This document shows positions 24,048 through 32,658 of a DNA stretch of 64,000 nucleotides, one piece after another. How positions within the stretch are numbered: position 1 is the stretch's first letter; each line of letters starts with the position of its first letter. The translations under genes were made by a program, and so were the position numbers. The stretch covers positions 2,239,424-2,303,423 of the forward strand of contig CBDCYI010000005.1 of the NCBI GenBank assembly GCA_965224085.1, read 5' to 3'. Source of the DNA: Candidatus Marinacidobacterales bacterium. GTDB taxonomy: Bacteria > Acidobacteriota > Vicinamibacteria > Marinacidobacterales > SMYC01. A model generated the notes under the pieces. That model made no database searches, had not been told where the DNA came from, and saw only the letters and a program-made list of their open reading frames with translations.

Positions 24048-24059
24048 AACACAACCGAG

Positions 24060-24087
24060 GGCCGGCGCTCCGTCAGGGGCGCCGGCC
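24060..24087 (+). terminator. probable intrinsic terminator
   Basis: GGCCGGCGCTCC-gtca-GGGGCGCCGGCC hairpin after the stop codon, T-run 8 nt downstream. Confidence 0.55.
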
Positions 24088-24125
24088 TGGTACGGTTTTT
24101 CAGAGCTCGCGGCGCGTAGTAGAGT

Positions 24126-25184
24126 ATGCACGCCATGAAACCCATTTTCTGGACCACCCTATGTCTGATCGCGACCCAAGTAAGCGCTCAGCCGCGCGAG
24201 CCGCACCGTTATTTCAAGGACATCATCGGCCTCAGCGACGCCGAGATCCGCCAAGTGGAGCAAGGTCAAGTCGTCGCCAAAGTGCTCGACACACCGCTCG
24301 CTCACGAAGTCGCTATCTTCGGCGCCGTTTGGGTCGAAGCCACGACCGACTATTTCGTCGAGAAGTATCAGGACATCGAGAGCTTCGAGAAAGGCGACGG
24401 CATCCTCCAGATTCACAAAATCGGCGATCCGTTGAAGCTCGAGGACTTCACGGGAATTCGTTTTCCCGAAGCGGACATCGAAGCCATACCCAAATGCAAG
24501 ATCGGGAAGTGCGCCGTCAAGATCGACGAGGACTCTCTCGTCCGGCTTCAAAGCGAGATCGACTGGAAGGCGCCGGATGCCGAGCTAAGAGCGCAATCAC
24601 TCATCGCCGAGCTCGCACATGAGGGCATTCGTGAGTACCAAAAAGGCGGCGACGCCACGCTGGCAGCCTATCGGGACAAAAAACGGCCAACTTACTTGGC
24701 GAAAGAGTTCAAGGGCATGCTCGACAACTCGAGCTTTCTTTACGAGTACTTTCCCGAGTTCCACGACTACCTCCTCGGCTATCCCAAAGCGGAACTCCCG
24801 GGAGGCGCGGATTTCTTTTATTGGTCGCTGAACGACTTTGGCTTGAAACCACTTTTCCGCATGAACCATGTCGTCATCTACGCCCTCGGAGAAGGGCACA
24901 ATGCGGGGGTGGCGATCGCGTCCAAGATGCTCTACGCGAGCCACTACTTTCACACCGCGCTCGAGCTGCGCTTTCTCGTCCGCGACACGGCGAATCCCAC
25001 AGATGTCGGTTTCTTTTTGGTAAGCGTCAACCGGAGCCGCTCAGATGGGCTCACCGGGTTTTTCGGCTCCATCATCAAGAGCCAAGCTGTCAAGAGAGCG
25101 AGAGACGGGGTCGTGGGCGCGCTTTCGAATGGGAAGAAGAATCTAGAGGCGGGCTACAAAAACGCGATGGCCAGCGCTCAGTAA
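24126..25184 (+). CDS. secreted hypothetical protein
   Basis: 352 aa ORF with signal peptide (VSA-Q) and normal composition. Confidence 0.8.
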   Translation: MHAMKPIFWTTLCLIATQVSAQPREPHRYFKDIIGLSDAEIRQVEQGQVVAKVLDTPLAHEVAIFGAVWVEATTDYFVEKYQDIESFEKGDGILQIHKIGDPLKLEDFTGIRFPEADIEAIPKCKIGKCAVKIDEDSLVRLQSEIDWKAPDAELRAQSLIAELAHEGIREYQKGGDATLAAYRDKKRPTYLAKEFKGMLDNSSFLYEYFPEFHDYLLGYPKAELPGGADFFYWSLNDFGLKPLFRMNHVVIYALGEGHNAGVAIASKMLYASHYFHTALELRFLVRDTANPTDVGFFLVSVNRSRSDGLTGFFGSIIKSQAVKRARDGVVGALSNGKKNLEAGYKNAMASAQ

Positions 25185-25189
25185 GCGAA

Positions 25190-25218
25190 GAGCGTGCTCC
25201 CCATAGGAGAGCACGCTC
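25190..25218. terminator. hairpin between convergent genes
   Basis: GAGCGTGCTC...GAGCACGCTC 10-bp stem. Confidence 0.55.
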
Positions 25219-25354
25219 CCAAAGAGGCTTATTCGCCGGCAGGTGGATAGTTCTTGAAGAGCTTCTCGGCGGCTTCCTGAATATTTTTGGGGAATTATCC
25301 GCTTGACTTTCTTCTGAATCGAGACTAATACTCGCCGCTTCCAGGAGAACGATT

Positions 25355-25513
25355 ATGCCTAGACCCACCAAAGACAACGAAATTGAGGACCTTGAAGAAC
25401 TCAGGGAAATCGCCGAGCGCGACCCGCTCAAGGCTCTCGAAGAATTCGTGGGTAAGGTCGTCAAAGACCAGCCGCCCACAAATAAGCCAGTTGACTTTCT
25501 AGAGCAGACCTAA
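25355..25513 (+). CDS. 52-aa acidic hypothetical passenger protein
   Basis: AGGAG RBS; manual translation MPRPTKDNEIEDLEELREIAERDPLKALEEFVGKVVKDQPPTNKPVDFLEQT. Confidence 0.55.
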   Translation: MPRPTKDNEIEDLEELREIAERDPLKALEEFVGKVVKDQPPTNKPVDFLEQT

Positions 25514-25519
25514 GACAAT
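25491..25519 (+). promoter_or_regulatory. putative sigma70 promoter
   Basis: TTGACT-17 bp-GACAAT; predicted start site falls at about 25527, the first base of the long stem. Confidence 0.45.
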
Positions 25520-25526
25520 CCTCCCC

Positions 25527-25655
25527 GCAAGCGTTTTTCTGTAATCCCGCTCCGTCGGGTTACCCGCTGAATACAATAGCCTCGACCCGGCTTTGGGTAG
25601 CTCCCAAGGCCCGGCAAATAGGCGGGAGCTTTCCTCCTTACAGAGAAACGCTTGC
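25527..25655 (+). ncRNA. candidate structured RNA / leader of unknown family
   Basis: 18-bp closing stem 25527-25544/25638-25655, 7-bp stem, two inner hairpins; stem mismatches read as G-U only on the + strand. Confidence 0.5.
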
Positions 25656-25757
25656 AATGGCCCGGCTCCAATTTCGGGCCCGGGCAAAACGGGAGGTTAG
25701 AAACATGCTTAGGCTTTTGTTCGTCATCCCCATTCTGCTTTGGGCTTTTACCGCTAG

Positions 25758-27760
25758 CCCATGTTTACCCTTTATGGGCACCCTAACGCTCGTAAGTGAC
25801 TGAATTCAAAGGAACGGGGGTTGAATTTTGCCCAAAACGTAGAGACAGATATTGTGCTTTGAGCGCCATTAATACGTTGTAATCGTGGACAATGATATGT
25901 AGTATGCGTGAGGACAGGTTATGTTCTTCCGCATCGTTCGGGCCGCAGGCGGCAAAGGGGTTCAACATGAGTATGTCCGCCTGGTCGAGTCGTATCGGGA
26001 GCACGGCAAGCCGAAGCAACGCGTAGTGTGCAACTTGGGGCGCAAGGATCTCCTAGTTGCCAATCTCGACTCCCTCAATCGGTTGCTTGGGGCCGGTGAA
26101 CCGGCCGACACCGAGCGAGCAGCCGAGCAGATCGCGGGGGCAGACGCGTGGGATTGGGGTCCGATGGTGGTGACGGCGACGCTGTGGCGCGAGCTCGGAC
26201 TGGAGCAGATTCTCGACCGGCTCGGAGGCCGCGGCAAGCGCGACGGAGTGGCGCTAAGCGAGCGAGCTTTGGTGCTGGTCGCCAACCGGCTATGTGCTCC
26301 GTCAAGCGAGCACGGTCTGGCGCGCTGGCTCGAGACCGACTTCGTCTGCGACCGGCAGGGGCGGCGGTGGGTGCCGCAGTGGCGCGATGATGGGGAGCGG
26401 CGAGCGAGTCGCTCCCCGCGGGTTCGCGTGGAGTTTCGCCAACTCAAGCAATGGTACCGAACGCTCGACCAGCTGCATGCCCGCAAAGAACAGATCGAGA
26501 AAGAGCTGTTTTTGCGCTTGCGGGATCTGTTTTCGCTTGAGGTTGACATGGTGTTTTACGACCTGACGTCGACGTACTTCGAAGGTCAAGGCCCTCCGGG
26601 GCTCGGCGCCCACGGCTACAGTCGCGACCGCAGACCGCGTAACCGGCAAGTGCTTGTCGGTCTGGTGATGGTGGACGGTTGGCCGATCGCCCACCATGTT
26701 TTCGCCGGCAACTGGCGTGACGCGAAAACGGTGCCGCAGGTGCTCAACGATCTCAACGAACGATTCGGTTTGCACCGCGTGGTTTTTGTCGGCGACCGAG
26801 GGATGGTAACGAGCGACAGCCTGGCGGTGGTGCGCTCGCGCAAGCAGGGCTATCTCGTCGGGCTGCAAAGACGACGGCGCGAGGAGGTCTATCGTTACAT
26901 CGAGCGCGCCAGCGGAGAGTGGATCGACTGCCCTGGTGGCATCACGGTGAGCGAAAAAGCCGAGCCACCTAAGACTCGTGTGCAAGAAGTCCGCTCCGAG
27001 CAGTCTGGCGTGCGCATCTTCGTCGTTCACAGCGACGAAAGGCTCGCCTACGAGCGCGGGCAGAGGCTGCGGGCCATGGGACGTGCCCGTGCGGCATTCG
27101 AGGCCCTCGAGCGCCGCGTGCGCGAGGGACGATTGAAAGCCCCCGAGAAAATCGGTGCCGCCGCCGCGCGCATACAGGCACGCCACCACGGTCACCGTTA
27201 CTACGACTGGGAGTACAAAAACGCTCGCTTCCGCTTCTTCGAGCACCCGGTCAACCTCAAGCGCGAGCAAGCCTACGAGGGTAAGTACGTTATTCAAACC
27301 GAGGAGCAAAACCTCTCTCCGGTCGACGCCGTGCGCCTTTACAAGGACCTAAACGAGGTCGAGCGAGCCTTCTCATGCCTTAAGGATGTCATTGAGATGC
27401 GTCCCGTTTACCACCAGACCGATGAGCGTGTGGAGGCACATCTTTTCGTAGCTACGCTGGCCTTCCTTGTGCATCGGGCTCTTGAGAAAAAGCTCAAGGT
27501 CGCCGAACTCGACCTGTCCGCAACCGAGGCACTACAAGCGCTACGCTCGGTCCGGCTCGTCGACTTACAGCTGGGTTCTGGGCGGACCAAGCGCGTCGTC
27601 ACGCGCGGCACCGCTCGCGCCAACTCGATCCTGACTGCACTCGGAATCGTTGAACGCGACCCGCCAGCCTTCTCCGAGGAGGTGCTGTCAGCGTAGAGAC
27701 AAACCGCGGATCTCAGTCCTTTGTTTATGATGACTTAGAGACCTAAAAGGGAAACATGGG
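25758..27760 (+). mobile_element. IS1634 family element nested in the IS1595 element
   Basis: Imperfect TIR CCCATGTTT(A)CCCTTT; CTAG on both flanks. Confidence 0.88.
25921..27696 (+). CDS. IS1634 family transposase
   Basis: YVRLVESYR, FYDLTSTYFEG, GYSRD.RP, VGDRGM, VERAFSCLK..IEMRPVYH...RVEAH. Confidence 0.95.
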   Translation: MFFRIVRAAGGKGVQHEYVRLVESYREHGKPKQRVVCNLGRKDLLVANLDSLNRLLGAGEPADTERAAEQIAGADAWDWGPMVVTATLWRELGLEQILDRLGGRGKRDGVALSERALVLVANRLCAPSSEHGLARWLETDFVCDRQGRRWVPQWRDDGERRASRSPRVRVEFRQLKQWYRTLDQLHARKEQIEKELFLRLRDLFSLEVDMVFYDLTSTYFEGQGPPGLGAHGYSRDRRPRNRQVLVGLVMVDGWPIAHHVFAGNWRDAKTVPQVLNDLNERFGLHRVVFVGDRGMVTSDSLAVVRSRKQGYLVGLQRRRREEVYRYIERASGEWIDCPGGITVSEKAEPPKTRVQEVRSEQSGVRIFVVHSDERLAYERGQRLRAMGRARAAFEALERRVREGRLKAPEKIGAAAARIQARHHGHRYYDWEYKNARFRFFEHPVNLKREQAYEGKYVIQTEEQNLSPVDAVRLYKDLNEVERAFSCLKDVIEMRPVYHQTDERVEAHLFVATLAFLVHRALEKKLKVAELDLSATEALQALRSVRLVDLQLGSGRTKRVVTRGTARANSILTALGIVERDPPAFSEEVLSA

Positions 27761-28148
27761 CTAGCGCTCAACCAGCAGAAAGACGGCTGGCGCGTGTCAA
27801 GACAGAATTCACGGGGTGCTTCGACCCCCAGGAGGTGGTGCGCCTGCAGCAAGATATAAAGACGACCAGGCTCCGATACGGCCCCGCTGGTGCACTGCTG
27901 AAGCCAGAACTCCTCGCCGCAAGGGAATGCCGAAATCTGAAAGTTGGTCAGGCCGTCCTGATGGTAGGGGAAAAGCATAACGCCATCGTGGATCGGAAAA
28001 CGGTTATCGAGGGAATCGGCATCTTCGTATGCGCGGAAGACCTGAAGGAAGACCCTGGATGCTTCGAGAGAGATTGGGATGCCGTCGGCGCTGCTACCGG
28101 CCTATGGTTTCCGATTGACATGCTGTCCGAGATCAAGAAGTAGTGAGG

Positions 28149-28185
28149 GGTAAAAGGCCGGGAGACTTCCCTCCCGGCCTTTACC
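28149..28185. terminator. hairpin between convergent passenger genes
   Basis: AAAGGCCGGGAG-acttcc-CTCCCGGCCTTT. Confidence 0.65.
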
Positions 28186-28199
28186 TTCGGGTGGTATAC

Positions 28200-28535
28200 T
28201 TATCTGGATGTCAGGCCAGCCCACCATGGCCGGGCCACCATTAGTCTTCGAATTCGACGAAGAAGGCCCCCGCCAGGATCGTCAATGCGTGCCGGGTGAT
28301 GGCTAATAGTTACGCCGCCCTTCCGACCTTCCGGCATACTTCGCTTGAAGAGCTTCTGGACTTTCTTGGCCATATGAGCGCTGAATTGCTTTTGAAGAAT
28401 GGTCTGTACGTCTCTGTGGGGAAGCCTATTCTTGCAAACGGGACACTCAAGGTACGGTTCACCATCAACCATGACCGTCTCTGCTGCGATCTTGCAGCGG
28501 CGACATTTGGGCGTTTTGTCCTGGAAGCAAGTCAT
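28200..28535 (-). CDS. small CxxC-CxxC (zinc ribbon-like) passenger protein
   Basis: ATGA overlap with the transposase stop; CRRC...CPVC; the 3' end may be frameshifted. Confidence 0.55.
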   Translation of the reverse strand: MTCFQDKTPKCRRCKIAAETVMVDGEPYLECPVCKNRLPHRDVQTILQKQFSAHMAKKVQKLFKRSMPEGRKGGVTISHHPARIDDPGGGLLRRIRRLMVARPWWAGLTSR

Positions 28536-29443
28536 CGCGTCAACGCTTCGTAGGTGATCCTCTTCCCTAGCGCCCTGGCGATCATCGAGTCGATGCGCTT
28601 CATGGTGTGCCTCTGGCACGAACCCTCGTTGAGCCGGAAGGCGAACTCATCTACGTAGCGGGATAGGTGCTTGCGGCTCACGTGGTGGAACGTGCCGACG
28701 ATGCCGCGTTTTAGAAGTGCCCACACGCTCTCTATTCCGTTGGTATGTACGTCGCCGCGCACCCATTCCTCGGCGCTGTGATTGACCGTCTCGTGCCGGT
28801 AGAGGCGGTCCTTCAAACCTGCATAGGCTTTGTGCTCGTCGGTGTGAAGGGTTGAGCCTGCTTCGACGTTCTGCTCGATAACCTGTTGCACCCTGTACTT
28901 GTCGGTCGTTTCGATGGGAATGGCCACGACGTTGCCGCCGCGTTCGCGCATTCCCAAGACGGCTTGTTTGCCGACAGGACCGCGGCCGGCCCGGAGCTTC
29001 TTGTGGGCGTGCTTATTCTTTTCCTTGCCGCCGATGTAGGTCTCGTCAATTTCGACAATGCCCGAAAGGGGCCATCCGTTACCCTTGCAGGCTTCGCGGA
29101 GCCGCTGAAGCATGAACCACGCGGAAGCCTGCCGGATGCCGAGCTCCTTGGCGAGCTGCATGGACGAAATGCTCTTCCGGGCGGTGACTAGCAGGTACAT
29201 CCCGTAGATCCATTTGTGGAGCGGAATGTGTGACCGTTCCATGACGGTTTTCGTTCGGACGGTGAAAACCTCCATGCAGGCGTTGCAGCGGTAGTAGCCG
29301 CCCTTGCGGGTGCCGATGCGTTTACGCTCGTGGCAGTGCGGGCAGCTCACTCCATCCGGCCACCGCCGTTGCTCGATGTAGAGTCTAGCTGTATCCTGGT
29401 CTGGAAATAACTTGATGATTTCGAGAAAGCTTATGGTTGACAC
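28532..29443 (-). CDS. IS1595 family transposase
   Basis: RWPDGVSCPHC zinc ribbon, VEIDETYIGG, HTDE, VNHS, HTNGIESVWALLKR, YVDEFAFR.N. Confidence 0.96.
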   Translation of the reverse strand: MSTISFLEIIKLFPDQDTARLYIEQRRWPDGVSCPHCHERKRIGTRKGGYYRCNACMEVFTVRTKTVMERSHIPLHKWIYGMYLLVTARKSISSMQLAKELGIRQASAWFMLQRLREACKGNGWPLSGIVEIDETYIGGKEKNKHAHKKLRAGRGPVGKQAVLGMRERGGNVVAIPIETTDKYRVQQVIEQNVEAGSTLHTDEHKAYAGLKDRLYRHETVNHSAEEWVRGDVHTNGIESVWALLKRGIVGTFHHVSRKHLSRYVDEFAFRLNEGSCQRHTMKRIDSMIARALGKRITYEALTR

Positions 29444-30157
29444 TTGCTCATCGGTAGCTCCTTGTGAGCCAAATGTAGCAAGCCCAAATTAGAAAGTCAA
29501 GCGGATAATTCCCTATTTTTGGCGCTTTTTTCTGGGTTCTCGGAGACCGTGCCGGAGACCGTACCGCGCCAAACCAGGCGCTTCTCCTTCGCGTCCCACA
29601 TGTCGAGCGCGACCGTGCCGACCGTGTATTGCCGCACCGTTGTCGTCGTGGAGCCCATGCCCATGCCTCCGCCCCAACCCCAGCCGGGACCATAGCCCCA
29701 ACCGCCACCCATGTAGTTGGTGTCGAGGGACATATTTTGCTTCTTTTCAGCGTGATAGGTGACAAACACGTCCGGGTTCGAACTCGCTTTCGAAAAACCG
29801 TTGGCGGCGAGCTGGCGGTCCACCGCGCTGAGAAAACGCTCGTGGGCGAACGGATCCGTATCCGCGACGTTCGTCTCGCTGTCGTGCCACGCGTAGGTCT
29901 TGTACTGCGAAAAATTCGCCTGCCGATCGTAGTCGTTAGTGACTTTCATGCTCGAGCAGCCGACAGCGGCGCCGAGCGCCACCGCAAACACGAGTAACTT
30001 CTTCATGGTAGCCTCCTAGTAATCCATTGTCTTCGAACCGGTCGGCCGCATCGTGGACACCTTTCCGCACATGCGACCCCAAGGAATTGTACAGGCCCAC
30101 ACATTTGCACAAACGTATCACTCTCGCAAGCCAAATTTCAGGCTAGAATCGAAGCCT

Positions 30158-31297
30158 ATGTACCGACGATTCGGGCTCTTTTTAGTTTTCTTTCTGGCCG
30201 CGGCCGAGCTCGGCGGCCAGCCTTACTCCCGATGGCGAGCTTGAAGCCACCGCCTTCTAGGCGGTGGTTGTTCACTTTTCTTTCTGGCCGCGGCCGAGCT
30301 CGGCGGCCAGCCTTACGAGAGCACGGATCTTCGGGACCGGGACCGGCTCGTCATCCTCCTTTTCGGAGATAGCGGTACCGGGAAAGCCGGACAGCACCGC
30401 GTCGGCCGCGCGATGTACGAGATTTGCCGCGAGCGCGATTGCCAATTCGCGTTGATGCTCGGCGACAATATCTACGAGAACGGTATCCGGGTGACGGCGC
30501 GAGACAGCGTTCAGCGGAGCTATCAGGAAATCTTGGATCAATTCAACGAGAAGTTCGAAGCGCCTTATCGAAGGTTCGAAGAGATCGAAGGCTTTCGCTT
30601 TTGGGCCGTTCTGGGCAATCACGACTACCGGAAGAACACGCTCGGCACTTGGATCACCTATACCGAGTTCAGCAAGCTTTGGCGTCTGCCGGCACTTCAC
30701 TATGAAGTCCCCGACCTTCCGGAGTGGATCCAGATCTACGGCCTCCATACGGATTCGGATGTCCGACGGGATTTGAACGGTTTGCAAGTGCACGCCGCGA
30801 AGCGTGCTCTGTGCGGTGAGCGCGACGGCAAGAGCACGGATCGATGGAAGGTCGTCTTCGGGCACCAGCCCGTCTATAACAACGGCCATCATCAAAATGA
30901 CGCCAACGAGCGCCGCGTACGGGCGCTGCTCGACAAGCCATTGTTTCGAGAATGCGGCGTCCACCTCTACGTCGCGGGACACGCTCATCATCAAGAGCAC
31001 ATCACCGCGGACGGATTCGAGCAAGTGATCCAAGGCGCTTCGGCAAAGAGCAAAGGGCGTAACAACAATCCCAAGCTCACGAGCACGACAAAGCGCCACT
31101 TTTCACGCGAGTTCGGCTTTGCGATTCTGGAGGTCGACCCTGTTCGGCTTCGGCTGGATTTCTACGACGTCCTCGGGACTCGTGAGAAGGGTGAGCTCGT
31201 AGCGCCCGGACCCGAGGACATTTTTCGGTCCTATTCCTGGTGCGGCGGGCGCGGCGACGTGGGACAGCCAGTGTCACCCCCACGTCCGTGTCGCTGA
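30158..31297 (+). pseudogene. secreted metallophosphoesterase (purple acid phosphatase-like) interrupted by a 90-bp insertion
   Basis: GDSG, LGDNIY, LGNHDY, GH.P, AGHAH motifs; in-frame TGA at 30242-30244 within the insert. Confidence 0.82.
30186..30316. repeat. 41-bp perfect direct repeats (30186-30226, 30276-30316) flanking a 49-bp IS200/IS605-type end remnant
   Basis: TTTTCTTTCTGGCCGCGGCCGAGCTCGGCGGCCAGCCTTAC twice; insert has CCACCGCC-ttcta-GGCGGTGG hairpin and ends in TTCAC. Confidence 0.85.
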
Positions 31298-31341
31298 TCA
31301 CTGACAAGACACGAATAGAATGAAGCCGAAGGAGAGAGAGC

Positions 31342-31920
31342 ATGGAGCTGACACGAGACGCGGCTTGGGCCCACTTGAGCGAATGGACGGAGACGGAGTC
31401 GCTGCGCAAGCACGCGCGGGCCGTGGAGCTCGTCATGCGTCGCGCCGCGCACCAATATGGCGAGGGCGCAGCCGACGAAGAAGCGTGGGGAGTCACGGGC
31501 ATGCTGCACGACGCCGATTACGAAAAATGGCCTGAGGATCATCCGAACCGCATCGTCGGCTGGCTACGGGAACGCGGCGAAGAAGAGCTCGCCTACGCAA
31601 TCTCCGCGCACTACACCCAGTGGAAGGTTCCCTACAACAGCCGGCTGGACAAAGCGCTTCTCGCCTGCGACGAGCTAACCGGCTTTATCGTCGCCTGTTG
31701 TCTCGTTCGACCGGAAGGCGTCTCGACGTTGGCACCGAAGAGCGTGAAAAAAAAGCTCAAAGACAAAGCCTTTGCCGCCAAAGTGGAGCGCGCCGAGGTA
31801 CACGCCGGTGTGGAGCTGCTCGAGGTCGACTTGGGCGAGCACATCCAGTTCATCATCGACGCGTTGAAACCCCACGCAGAAGAGCTAGGGATCCAGGGCC
31901 GCGACCTCAAGAAAAACTGA
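31342..31920 (+). CDS. HD domain (HDIG-like) hydrolase
   Basis: SLRKHARAVE, GMLHDADYE, ACDELTGFI, SVKKKLKDKAFAA. Confidence 0.9.
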   Translation: MELTRDAAWAHLSEWTETESLRKHARAVELVMRRAAHQYGEGAADEEAWGVTGMLHDADYEKWPEDHPNRIVGWLRERGEEELAYAISAHYTQWKVPYNSRLDKALLACDELTGFIVACCLVRPEGVSTLAPKSVKKKLKDKAFAAKVERAEVHAGVELLEVDLGEHIQFIIDALKPHAEELGIQGRDLKKN

Positions 31921-32022
31921 CGAGCACCGATATTCCTGAATCGTCCGCCTTCGGGCTCCTCGAGGGAATCAGATGTGAGTAGGAAGCGCGAACAATCCTG
32001 CGGGAATGCTGAATGCTGACGG

Positions 32023-32628
32023 CTAAAGCGCCTGCACCAAGTTGCGCTCGCTCTGATGTGTCTGGAGTACTTCCGGTCCGATGCGCTTGCTCAAATAGAC
32101 TTTCGAGTCACGGTTGTCGAGCTCGTTGCGCTCGTACTTCACGACGTCGAAGTTGAGATGCGTCAGCGTCCCCCGCATGCCGTAGAACTTGTTCTTCGTC
32201 TTGACCACGACTTCTTTGAAGCCGTGCTCGTGCGCCCAGGCTTCTTGCTGTTCCGTAAGCGCACGAAAGTGGCCCTGCCCGCGCCAATCCGAGCGCGTGC
32301 CGCCAATCCAGCTATACAAGATACGTCGGCCGTTGAAGTCGACCGCGTCTCGAAGGCGAGCGACGAGATCTCGGAGTTTTTGGTCGTGCTCGTCCGCGAA
32401 GATCTCGTGCCCTACTTTGAACGACACCGGAACGATTTGGCTCTCGTCACTCGGAAGCCGTGCTTCCACAATTTGGATGACATGCGCGCGCCCTCTCAGG
32501 CGCCCCTCGATCTCACCTGCTGTTTTCTTGCGGTCGAACTCTCCAAAGAATTCCTCGATGTACTGGATTTCGAGACCGCCTAGCGCCAACGGGTATTGCT
32601 TGATGGTGTAGGTTCTATGCTCCTCCAT
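32023..32628 (-). CDS. GNAT-like N-acetyltransferase
   Basis: YSWIGGTRSDWRGQGHFRAL, KTKNKF..M. Confidence 0.75.
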   Translation of the reverse strand: MEEHRTYTIKQYPLALGGLEIQYIEEFFGEFDRKKTAGEIEGRLRGRAHVIQIVEARLPSDESQIVPVSFKVGHEIFADEHDQKLRDLVARLRDAVDFNGRRILYSWIGGTRSDWRGQGHFRALTEQQEAWAHEHGFKEVVVKTKNKFYGMRGTLTHLNFDVVKYERNELDNRDSKVYLSKRIGPEVLQTHQSERNLVQAL

Positions 32629-32658
32629 TTGGACACATTATATATTTTGGAGGGACGG

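Larger units (their letters stand above)
25705..28143 (+). pseudogene. secreted passenger protein gene split by IS1634 (25705..25757 + 27765..28143)
   Basis: GGGAGG RBS; removing the IS and one CTAG restores an in-frame 143-aa protein MLRLLFVIPILLWAFTASA-QPAERR...IKK. Confidence 0.8.
25290..29513 (-). mobile_element. IS1595 family transporter IS with passenger genes
   Basis: 23-bp TIR GGGAATTATCCGCTTGACTTTCT; 8-bp TSD TATTTTTG at 25282-25289 and 29514-29521. Confidence 0.92.
25229..30006 (-). pseudogene. DUF4136 lipoprotein gene split by IS1595 (30006..29514 + 25281..25229)
   Basis: Lipobox VGC, DYD..ANFSQYKTYAW, LVWRG; removing the element and one TSD restores ...SENPEKSAKNIQEAAEKLFKNYPPAGE* (181 aa). 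Confidence 0.88.

Noticed and set aside
25527-25655. Known self-cleaving ribozyme or 6S RNA
   Set aside because: I could not fit hammerhead, HDV-like, twister or pistol cores, and there is no two-sided central bubble; retained as an unknown RNA candidate.
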